Positions 1 to 7,608 of a stretch of DNA of 64,000 bases are shown here, piece by piece. The DNA lies in the NCBI GenBank assembly GCA_965659475.1, contig CBFHWI010000005.1, positions 801 through 64,800 of the forward strand, written 5' to 3'. The DNA is from Methylophaga sp. (GTDB lineage Bacteria; Pseudomonadota; Gammaproteobacteria; Nitrosococcales; Methylophagaceae). The position numbers were made by a program, and so were the translations under genes. Under the pieces are notes generated by a model. The model saw only the letters and a program-made list of their open reading frames with translations, was not told the origin of the DNA and made no database searches. How positions within the stretch are numbered: the stretch's first letter is position 1; each line of letters starts with the position of its first letter.

Positions 1-1
1 A

Positions 2-883
2 TCCATCGTCGGTATTGGTATTTCAGCCATACTGATTTGGTGGATGATTGGCAATGGTTTAAAACCATTAAAGCAATTATCACAACAATTGATTAACAAA
101 CAGGCTGATGATTTAACGGCTGTAAAACTCGATAAATTACCTGTTGAATTAGATCAGTTAGTGACCATTATCAATCAGCTTTTCTGGCGTTTGGATCAGG
201 CTTTTCAGCGAGAGCAACGCTTTGCTGCTGATGCTGCACATGAATTACGTACACCCATCAGTGCCTTACAAGTGCATCTGCATAACCTGCAACAAACCAC
301 CGACAGCCAACAAGAAGACTGGCAACTGCTGCAGCAGTCAGTGGCAAGAATGGCGCATATGGTTAATCAAATCCTGATGCTATATCGCACTGCGCCTGAA
401 CAAATTGCTGCCAAAGCCGAAACGATAGATTTATTTAAACTTACGCGACAGGTCATAGCCAGTGATTTTCAGCAATTTGAAAGTCGTCAGCAGCAAGTGG
501 AATTATCGGGTGAAACCGCAATGATTCAAGGGCATGTGTTTGCGATAGAAACCCTGTTGCAAAATCTCTTGGCCAATGCTTGCAAATATTCCCCAAACAG
601 CGGCCAAATTTTGGTTGATGTGCATCCCGTTGCCAGCGGCACTCGCTTGATTATTGAAGACAGTGGTCGAGGCATTCCACCTGAACAATATGCCCGGGTG
701 TTTGACCGTTTTTATCGCTATCAGAACTTGCAAGCATTATCTGATATGCCGGGATGTGGGCTGGGTCTTGCCATCGTCAAACACATTGTTGATTTGCATC
801 ATGCCGATATTAAGTTGGGTAAATCTGGAAAAGCATCTGGCCTTAAGGTGACCGTTAACTTTCCAGCGGTCTTATCTAAATGA
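2..883 (+). CDS. Sensor histidine kinase, QseC/PmrB(BasS)-like; 5' end lies outside the window
   Basis: Frame is open from base 2 (TM helix SIVGIGISAILIWW), then HAMP, H-box FAADAAHELRTP, N-box NLLANACKY, G1 IEDSGRGI, F-box FDRFYR and G2 GCGLGLAI. Confidence 0.9.
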   Translation, partial: SIVGIGISAILIWWMIGNGLKPLKQLSQQLINKQADDLTAVKLDKLPVELDQLVTIINQLFWRLDQAFQREQRFAADAAHELRTPISALQVHLHNLQQTTDSQQEDWQLLQQSVARMAHMVNQILMLYRTAPEQIAAKAETIDLFKLTRQVIASDFQQFESRQQQVELSGETAMIQGHVFAIETLLQNLLANACKYSPNSGQILVDVHPVASGTRLIIEDSGRGIPPEQYARVFDRFYRYQNLQALSDMPGCGLGLAIVKHIVDLHHADIKLGKSGKASGLKVTVNFPAVLSK

Positions 884-1203
884 ATAAGTACCTGACGCTA
901 ATAAGCTTATTGTTAGTCAGCAGCACACTGTGTGCTGGTCCACCAATTTTTGAACTGCGTATTAAAGATCATTTGTTTTTTCCGGACGAGGTAGTGATCC
1001 CTGCAGACACCAAGATCAAATTATTGGTGAAAAATGAAGACGCCACGCCGGAAGAATTTGAAAGTTATGAGCTTAATCGTGAGAAAGTCATCCCCGGTCA
1101 TACTGATGCGATCATTGTTATTGGCCCATTACCAGCAGGTGTATATCCATTTTTTGGCGAGTTTTTTCCAAAAACGGCACAAGGACGTATCCGTGTTGAA
1201 TAA
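880..1203 (+). CDS. Periplasmic cupredoxin-domain protein (FtrB/EfeO-cupredoxin type)
   Basis: Signal peptide; TPEEFES-x-ELNREKVI and GPL-x-AG-x-YPFFGEF motifs; ATGA-type overlap with the kinase; sits before an FTR1 gene. Confidence 0.85.
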   Translation: MNKYLTLISLLLVSSTLCAGPPIFELRIKDHLFFPDEVVIPADTKIKLLVKNEDATPEEFESYELNREKVIPGHTDAIIVIGPLPAGVYPFFGEFFPKTAQGRIRVE

Positions 1204-1217
1204 TCTAAAGCGATATT

Positions 1218-2000
1218 ATGCTGCTTAACAGTGTCATCTTAGTGCTACGTGAAATGCTTGAGGCAGCGATGGTTGTCAGCTTGTTTATGGCATTTTCAAC
1301 AGTAACCAATCAAGGGCCGGGCTATGTACTGCGATCCATTGTTATTGGCTTAATGGTGGGTGCTGTTTACGCTTTTCAATTGCCTGTTTTCAGCCAATGG
1401 CTTGGTGGGGCCGGCCAGGAAATTATTAACACCGCTATTCATGCCAGTATTTTTGTTTGTTTGTTGGTGTTTAGTTTTTTAAATGCCTTTAATACGGTTA
1501 AGCACTCTACCTTGCTAAGAGCCTGTATTGGTCTTGCCATCGTACTGGCCATATCCAGAGAAAGCGCAGAAGTCATGCTTTATATATCAGGCTTTTCCGG
1601 TATGCAGTCCTTAATGACCTCGGTTATCACGGGCAGTTTGATTGGATTGGGGCTTGGCTTGAGTGTTGGCGTGTTTTTATATTATCTGATGATTAACTTA
1701 TCAATCCAATCAACCCGACGCTTGATCCATATTCTTGTTGTTATGGTTGCTGGCAGCATGATGGCGCAGGCAACACAATTTCTTGTCCAAGCGGATTGGT
1801 TGCCAAACACATCACCGGCGTGGGATACCAGAGACATCATTAGTGAAAGTTCATTACCCGGTCAATTGTTATCTGCATTGATGGCTTATGAAGCGACACC
1901 GTCATATTTGCAGGTATTTATTTATTTATTAAGTTTATCAGCGATGTTAATGGTGATAATTGGCGGTTGTTATTTTAAAAAGTATGCGGATAAAAAATAA
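1218..2000 (+). CDS. FTR1-family iron permease
   Basis: Two RExxE motifs (REMLE, RESAE), about 7 TM helices, AWDT...LPGQLLSALMAY-x-ATP C-terminal pattern. Confidence 0.85.
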   Translation: MLLNSVILVLREMLEAAMVVSLFMAFSTVTNQGPGYVLRSIVIGLMVGAVYAFQLPVFSQWLGGAGQEIINTAIHASIFVCLLVFSFLNAFNTVKHSTLLRACIGLAIVLAISRESAEVMLYISGFSGMQSLMTSVITGSLIGLGLGLSVGVFLYYLMINLSIQSTRRLIHILVVMVAGSMMAQATQFLVQADWLPNTSPAWDTRDIISESSLPGQLLSALMAYEATPSYLQVFIYLLSLSAMLMVIIGGCYFKKYADKK

Positions 2001-2688
2001 AAAATTCTCTCATTACTATCTGATCCTGCTGCTTTGGTTGCCTAGTTCATTGGTTTTTGCTGATGGCAGTGCGGTAGATAAGATTTATGCGCCTTATGTA
2101 CAGCCATTGGAAAGAGAGCTGGAATGGCGGATGGTTGATCCAGATGGCCGCCAAAAACAGCGGCTGGGTTATGGCCAGTCTGTAACAGATAGGTTGTTTG
2201 TTGAAGCCTATTTGATTGGTGATGAAACTGCTGATAATGAATTACGCCTTCAATCATATGAATTAGAAGCCTTATGGCAATTAACCGAGCAGGGTGAATA
2301 TAGCTTTGATTGGGGCCTGATTACCGAGTATGAATGGCAAAGAGATAATGATGACTGGGAAGCTGCAGCTAGCCTAATCACTTCTCGCGCTTGGGGCAGC
2401 TGGATTGCTACCAGTAATCTTTGGCTGAAATACGAATGGCAGGAACGTGGCAATAAAGAATTTGAAACAGCATTTACATTGCAAGGCCGTTATCGTTTAG
2501 CCAGCTGGTTTGAGCCAGCGGTGGAGTTTTATGCTGGTGAAAACACGCGCGCCATTGGTCCAGTTGCTATGGGAGACTTGCGCTTACAACCCGGTAAAAA
2601 ACTCCATTGGGAAGTGGGCGCGCTGACCGGTCTTAATAGCAAAACGGCCGATATTACCTGGCGGGCACTATTGGCGTTTGAGTTTTAA
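1984..2688 (+). CDS. Putative outer-membrane beta-barrel protein associated with the FTR1 operon
   Basis: Signal peptide from ATG 1984, alternating amphipathic strands rich in aromatic and acidic residues, C-terminal AFEF. Confidence 0.65.
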   Translation: MRIKNKKFSHYYLILLLWLPSSLVFADGSAVDKIYAPYVQPLERELEWRMVDPDGRQKQRLGYGQSVTDRLFVEAYLIGDETADNELRLQSYELEALWQLTEQGEYSFDWGLITEYEWQRDNDDWEAAASLITSRAWGSWIATSNLWLKYEWQERGNKEFETAFTLQGRYRLASWFEPAVEFYAGENTRAIGPVAMGDLRLQPGKKLHWEVGALTGLNSKTADITWRALLAFEF

Positions 2689-4658
2689 TGGATCCTGCCT
2701 GCAGGCATATCATATCGTTGTTGTCGGTAAAGCCATGATGGCAGTAAAACGTGAGCCAACGCTCTATGACTGTCTTTTTCATGTGCTGGGCCAGTCATTT
2801 CTAGCTGGCGTTTTTTAGTATTGTAGTGACCTTCAAGCGCTGGTTGCTGTGGTCGCAAAATGGTCACTTTATCGCCCCGCATTAAAGCAAAGTAATCAGA
2901 AAATTGCATAATCGCCCGCCCTGGTGACTGCTGCTCTTCTGGCAAACTTAAATCTCGGCCAATCATGGGCGTTTCGGCTGAAATGCCCATTAAAGACAAT
3001 AGGGTAGTCGCCATATCAATTTGGCTGGCAACAGTGCGGATTTTTTTGGGCTGAATATCAGCGCCCAGAATCAGTCCCGGAATCTGAAAACGCTCAATCG
3101 GCACCAGGGCATCACCATAAACATTCAGATCATGATCCGCGATCACCAAAAACAAAGTGTCCTGCCAATAGTCACTTTGCATCGCTTTGGCAAAGAATTG
3201 GCCCAAAGCAAAGTCCGCATATTTCACGGCATTGAGATCGGTTTGTTTTACTGGGGTTTCCAGTGCAATCCGGCCATCTGGAAACTGGTAAGGCGAATGA
3301 TTACTGGAGGTAAACACCAGACTGAAATACGGCTGTTTTTTAGTATGCATTTCACTGATTCGCTGATGTGCCTTATTGAAAACGTCCTCATCAGAAACGC
3401 CCCAGCTGCCCTCGAAAACCGGATTTTTGTAATCATTCTGATCAATGATGGTAGTGAACCCATTACCCATAAAAAAGCTGGCCATATTGTCAAAATGTGA
3501 CTCGCCACCATAGATAAACTCAGTCAAATAACCTTGCTGACTCAGCAGATCGGCAATAGTGAAAAAGTTTTGCTGAGACAGCGATAATTTAACCACGCTA
3601 CGTGCCGGCGTCGGTAAAAAACCACTTATCGTAGCTTCTATTCCACGTACTGAACGGGTACCAGTAGCATATAGATGTTCAAACCACCAACCGTAATTCT
3701 TTAGTTTTTCAAGTTCCGGGGTAGCCGGCCGGTCGCCGCCTAATGATTCAACAAAAGTCGCGCCCATGCTTTCTTCAAGAATAATCACCAGGTTAAGCGG
3801 CTTGTCACGTTGTGCAGCAGTGGCTTCACGTTTATTTAAAGTGGGAAAGGGCGCATCAGCTCCACTATTGAGCCAAGGATAATTTTCAACCAACTCAGCC
3901 ATGATCTCTTTATCAGCCATCGCCCCATAAACATCGCCCGCCTCAGACTCATGTTGCATATTGTATATAGCAAAATAGACCGACCAAGCTGAGTTTAAAA
4001 CCAAGCTGTTTACCAAGGCATCCGATGTAATTGCAAAACTGGCAGGATTGGCAGGGCGATGACCAATAGAAGAACGGATCATCATAAATATGATAAAAAC
4101 CAGTAATGGCCATGTTAACCAGACTTTCCAGACTGGCCAGTCAAGTTGGTAGCTGCGCAGCCACTGTTTAAGCAATTTACTGGCATACCAAATTGTGAAG
4201 CCAGTGATTGTAATCCCCAATATTAACGGTGCTCTGAAACCATGCCAAAGCGTTGCAAATACTTCTCCAGGGTATTTCAGGTATTCAACAAACAGCCGAT
4301 TTGGCCGTAAATCATATTGCATAACAAAAGCGGGGGTAGAGGCCTCCATAAAAACAATTAAAGTAATTGATAAAGCTCCCCAGATAACCACCAGCTTTTG
4401 CCAGATAGGCCTGTTAAACAGCAAGGGTATAAGCAATATAAGTGGCGCGATAAGCATACCCATCATGATGAGGTCAGCGCGAATGCCCTGCACAAACAAA
4501 GTGGGTAAGTTCACTGCTGCCGTGACCCTGTCCCATTGCCACACGGCTAATCCCCAGCGTGATAAAGACAAGATTAATAATCCTAATATCAACAGTTTGA
4601 GCAGAATTTGATAAGGGCCAACAAACGTCCCCAATGACACATTTTTATTTGTTATCAC
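2685..4658 (-). CDS. LTA-synthase/MdoB-like membrane phosphoglycerol transferase (sulfatase superfamily); start uncertain (GTG 4658; ORF open to 4721)
   Basis: Five N-terminal TM helices, NLVIILEESMG, ATGTRSVRG, TSSNHSPY and LVIADHD metal-site motifs. Confidence 0.85.
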   Translation of the reverse strand: MITNKNVSLGTFVGPYQILLKLLILGLLILSLSRWGLAVWQWDRVTAAVNLPTLFVQGIRADLIMMGMLIAPLILLIPLLFNRPIWQKLVVIWGALSITLIVFMEASTPAFVMQYDLRPNRLFVEYLKYPGEVFATLWHGFRAPLILGITITGFTIWYASKLLKQWLRSYQLDWPVWKVWLTWPLLVFIIFMMIRSSIGHRPANPASFAITSDALVNSLVLNSAWSVYFAIYNMQHESEAGDVYGAMADKEIMAELVENYPWLNSGADAPFPTLNKREATAAQRDKPLNLVIILEESMGATFVESLGGDRPATPELEKLKNYGWWFEHLYATGTRSVRGIEATISGFLPTPARSVVKLSLSQQNFFTIADLLSQQGYLTEFIYGGESHFDNMASFFMGNGFTTIIDQNDYKNPVFEGSWGVSDEDVFNKAHQRISEMHTKKQPYFSLVFTSSNHSPYQFPDGRIALETPVKQTDLNAVKYADFALGQFFAKAMQSDYWQDTLFLVIADHDLNVYGDALVPIERFQIPGLILGADIQPKKIRTVASQIDMATTLLSLMGISAETPMIGRDLSLPEEQQSPGRAIMQFSDYFALMRGDKVTILRPQQPALEGHYNTKKRQLEMTGPAHEKDSHRALAHVLLPSWLYRQQRYDMPAGRIH

Positions 4659-4660
4659 GT

Positions 4661-5029
4661 TTATAAACCTGATTTTGGCATAAGAATGACCAGCCAGATT
4701 GCAGCTGTAATCAACAAGCATATTAGCACCGCCAGAGAACCATAATCTTTGGCGCGCTTAATAAGCGGATCCCACGAAGTGGTAATACGGTCACAGACGC
4801 ACTCAATGGCTGAATTCAATAATTCAACAATGAGCACCAGACCCAGACATGCCAACATCAAGACTTGTTCAATTGCTGTTATTGGCAATAAAAATGTACT
4901 TACAAATAAAAGTGAAAAAAATAGCAATTCTTGCCGAAAAGCCGTTTCAAATTGGAACGCTGCCTTAAAGCCATTTAAGGAGTGAACGGACGCAATAACA
5001 ATACGTTTTAAACCATTTATTTTTTGCAA
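4661..5029 (-). CDS. dgkA: Diacylglycerol kinase
   Basis: AAFQFETAFRQE, VELLNSAIE, AKDYGSLAV; 122 aa, three TM helices. Confidence 0.93.
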   Translation of the reverse strand: MQKINGLKRIVIASVHSLNGFKAAFQFETAFRQELLFFSLLFVSTFLLPITAIEQVLMLACLGLVLIVELLNSAIECVCDRITTSWDPLIKRAKDYGSLAVLICLLITAAIWLVILMPKSGL

Positions 5030-5073
5030 AACGTTATCCTATAGATTATTACTACAAAGGATACTTGGCAAAA

Positions 5074-5090
5074 CTTAAGTAAAACTTAAA
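5074..5090 (-). promoter_or_regulatory. PmrA/BasR(QseB)-type binding box upstream of dgkA
   Basis: Minus strand TTTAAG-N5-CTTAAG fits YTTAAK-N5-YTTAAK; TATCCT (-10-like, 5058-5063) follows after 10 bp. Confidence 0.6.
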
Positions 5091-5224
5091 GTCAGAAGTA
5101 AAACTTAAAGTCAGAATTTGAAATCTTGCCGGGGTTGGTATCGTAAAAACGCTCAGATTTTAAATTTCGAGCGCATTCTGTAAACAATTAAACAATTAAA
5201 CAATTCAACTCGTTTCAACTCGTT
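5079..5224. repeat. Cluster of short perfect tandem duplications
   Basis: GTAAAACTTAAAGTCAGAA x2 (5079-5116), TAAACAAT x3 (5181-5204), TCAACTCGTT x2 (5205-5224). Confidence 0.9.
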
Positions 5225-5252
5225 ATTTGTCATAACGCATATTATTTGATCA
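5225..5252 (+). other. Degenerate dif-like site
   Basis: ATTTGTCATAA-CGCATA-TTATTTGATCA keeps the ATAA-N6-TTAT core; XerD arm matches 6/11. Confidence 0.35.
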
Positions 5253-5306
5253 CTGATCAAGACTGATTTTTCGGAAGTATCATCGGTCGTATCTTTCCTG
5301 GTTAAA

Positions 5307-5334
5307 TATTCGTATAATATATATTATGTTAAAT
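5307..5334 (+). other. dif: Chromosomal dif site (XerCD dimer resolution)
   Basis: TATTCGTATAA-TATATA-TTATGTTAAAT: perfect XerD arm, typical XerC arm, intergenic; KOPS to the right point toward it. Confidence 0.92.
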
Positions 5335-5417
5335 TATATATCTGATTAGAAGGTCGGGAATGAATGTAAGCATTTACATAAAGAATATTGCTTCTGATCA
5401 GTTAGCCAGAAAATCAG

Positions 5418-6188
5418 CTACTTTTTGTGTGGTACGGGACTTACCTGCCGGTGCCAACATGTCTGTAATCGCTGTTGTAAATTGTCGTACTCTTCAATGT
5501 TAATGCTGCTACCGGAGAGTTTAATGAAAGATTTGTATGCGGTTAAAACATAGTCAGCAGTTTGCAATAACACCTCATCCATTTCCGTTTGGTCACTGGC
5601 CAGTGTATGGATCTCAAGTAACGCTTCATTATGAATATCTTTAATCATGTCGGCTTTGATGTCGTGGGATTCGCTGTGTACCGTTTCACTTAGCAGTTGA
5701 TAATCTGTCCGGTACAGCTGCAGCAAATCAGCAAACTCCGCCTTAATAACGGTTGGAAATGATTTACGGTCCATTTCATCAGGACTATTAACCAATGCTT
5801 GCAACATGATTAATTCATGTTCTGTTAATGTTGCTTTGGTTTCTTGCAATGTCAGGAGACCGTCCAGTACCTGACGGCGGTCACTGTCCTCCCCGTTTAT
5901 TATTGCCGAATGCATATCTGGATGACGTTGCCAGGCAACCATTTCAAAAACAATTTCCAACATACAGCGCATCAATATCTGACATTGGCGCAGCATGCCT
6001 TTATCCGCTAACAATATAAATGCCTGGTAATCCGTGAACAGCCGATGTAAATACAGCCATTTCACGGTTTCGATTTCATCATCCGGATGGACTGTAGCGC
6101 TGTTAAGCACCGTTTTCAGGCTTTCCTCAATAGAATTTGTCAGCTGTCTTGGAGATGTACTGTTGATTTCTTTCATATTCACCTTCAT
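5418..6188 (-). CDS. DUF5677-like (HEPN-related) helical protein
   Basis: ILMRCMLE and YQLLSETVH motifs typical of the family. Confidence 0.65.
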   Translation of the reverse strand: MKVNMKEINSTSPRQLTNSIEESLKTVLNSATVHPDDEIETVKWLYLHRLFTDYQAFILLADKGMLRQCQILMRCMLEIVFEMVAWQRHPDMHSAIINGEDSDRRQVLDGLLTLQETKATLTEHELIMLQALVNSPDEMDRKSFPTVIKAEFADLLQLYRTDYQLLSETVHSESHDIKADMIKDIHNEALLEIHTLASDQTEMDEVLLQTADYVLTAYKSFIKLSGSSINIEEYDNLQQRLQTCWHRQVSPVPHKK

Positions 6189-6576
6189 ATATCTATGCAG
6201 TGATGTTTCAGTATAACGCCGTCATTTAACTAATAAATCCTGAGTGCAGTAACTTGTGATTGTGTTAATACGGATTTAGACTGATTTTTAATGCTCTTTA
6301 AGCTTAACAGTTGGTGGCATGTGTGAAAATACACATATAAAACAACAACTTTAAAGTAAACTACCTATGTCATTTGGACGACAAGAAAAGGTTGCTGATT
6401 ATGTTCATGTTTCAGATGATGAAATAACAACACACCTTGAAGCGTTAAAGGCTAAGGATGCAAACGTTGACTTTGATGAAACAAAAAAATTACCAAACAA
6501 TTTTGTAACCATTCAAAAACACGATAATGCTTTAAACTGCAATTAACAAACGAATCAAAAAGATGAGGTAAAGACT

Positions 6577-6960
6577 ATGAGCTGGAGAGAGACAGAAAAC
6601 GAAAAAACCTATAATGATGAAGAAGTTAAAGCGAGATTGGAGAAGGAGCTCCCCCACTGGTATCTGGAAAATGGCTGGATCCGTCGCAAATATAAAACCA
6701 GTGGTTGGAAAGGTACTTTAATGGTCATCAACACGGTCGGCCATCTTGCTGAAGCAGCATTTCACCATCCGGATCTGACGGCATCCTATGCCTTTGTGAT
6801 TGTTAAGTTAACGAACCATGCAGCAAAAGGTATTACTGATAAGGATTTCGAATTGGCGCGTAAAATCGAAGAAGTTGTTATGTGGCAGCCTGGTACCGAA
6901 GGCGGCGCATTAGTCGGTACACCTGACGATGCCCGTTTTAAATATATCAAATACGATTAA
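6577..6960 (+). CDS. Pterin-4a-carbinolamine dehydratase, long methylotroph-type form
   Basis: AEAAFHHPDL...NHAAKGITDKDFELA; GAGG RBS. Confidence 0.9.
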   Translation: MSWRETENEKTYNDEEVKARLEKELPHWYLENGWIRRKYKTSGWKGTLMVINTVGHLAEAAFHHPDLTASYAFVIVKLTNHAAKGITDKDFELARKIEEVVMWQPGTEGGALVGTPDDARFKYIKYD

Positions 6961-6976
6961 TTCCGGAGTACCGACC

Positions 6977-7183
6977 ATGAATGAAGACACGCTTAATATG
7001 GAGATACGCCAGTTTTTAAAAAAGGTCGGCATCAGTTCACAACGGGAAATTGAACAGGCGATCTACGCCGCACTGGATACCGAGCAGTTAAATGGTAATG
7101 AAACCCTGCCAATCAAGATTACTTTAACCATGCCGGATTTAGACCTCCACCATCATGTTTCTGGTCAGATAAAATTAGAGTAA
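6977..7183 (+). CDS. Small conserved protein, DUF6494-like
   Basis: MNEDTLNMEIRQFLKKVGISSQREIE; GGAG RBS at 6965. Confidence 0.7.
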   Translation: MNEDTLNMEIRQFLKKVGISSQREIEQAIYAALDTEQLNGNETLPIKITLTMPDLDLHHHVSGQIKLE

Positions 7184-7187
7184 TTCC

Positions 7188-7574
7188 ATGGAAACCAATG
7201 AGTTAGAACCCTCTTTAAATGTGCTTGGCGAAAAATTAGAAACCTGTGGCACCGAGCCAATCACGGGCTTCTTTCGGGATGGTTGCTGTAACACCAGCGA
7301 TAATGACTTTGGTTCACATACGGTGTGTGTCTCAGTCAGTGCCGACTTTCTGCAATATTCACGATTTCGTGGCAATGATTTGGTGACGCCTGTCCCTGAG
7401 TTTGGTTTTCCCGGTCTTAAGCCCGGCGATCGGTGGTGTTTGTGTGCGGCGCGCTGGTTAGAAGCACAGCGGTTTGACATGGCACCCAAGGTTTATCTGG
7501 CCAGTACCCATCAGAGGGCAACGGAAATTATCCCACTGGAATTATTAAAAAAATACGCTATTGATTTAAATTAA
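7188..7574 (+). CDS. DUF2237 family protein
   Basis: NVLGEKLETC..PITGFFRDGCC, HTVC, GNDL, LKPGDRWCLCAARW. Confidence 0.9.
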   Translation: METNELEPSLNVLGEKLETCGTEPITGFFRDGCCNTSDNDFGSHTVCVSVSADFLQYSRFRGNDLVTPVPEFGFPGLKPGDRWCLCAARWLEAQRFDMAPKVYLASTHQRATEIIPLELLKKYAIDLN

Positions 7575-7608
7575 TTCAATGATTTACAGATAGTAATTAA
7601 ATTTTAAT

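Noticed and set aside
5079-5224. CRISPR array
   Set aside because: Repeats are short, directly adjacent and unrelated to each other; no spacers and no cas genes
5246-5260. TTGAT-CACTG-ATCAA as an FNR box
   Set aside because: Spacer is 5 bp whereas FNR needs 4, and it is not placed at an obvious promoter
5342-5407. attC integron site after the DUF5677 gene (GGCTAAC plus hairpin on the minus strand)
   Set aside because: No GTTRRRY at the far end, no recognisable L boxes or unpaired central spacer, and no integrase or further cassettes
6255-6270. CRP-like site TGTGA-N6-TAATA
   Set aside because: Second half-site is weak and the region is AT-rich, so it cannot be distinguished from chance
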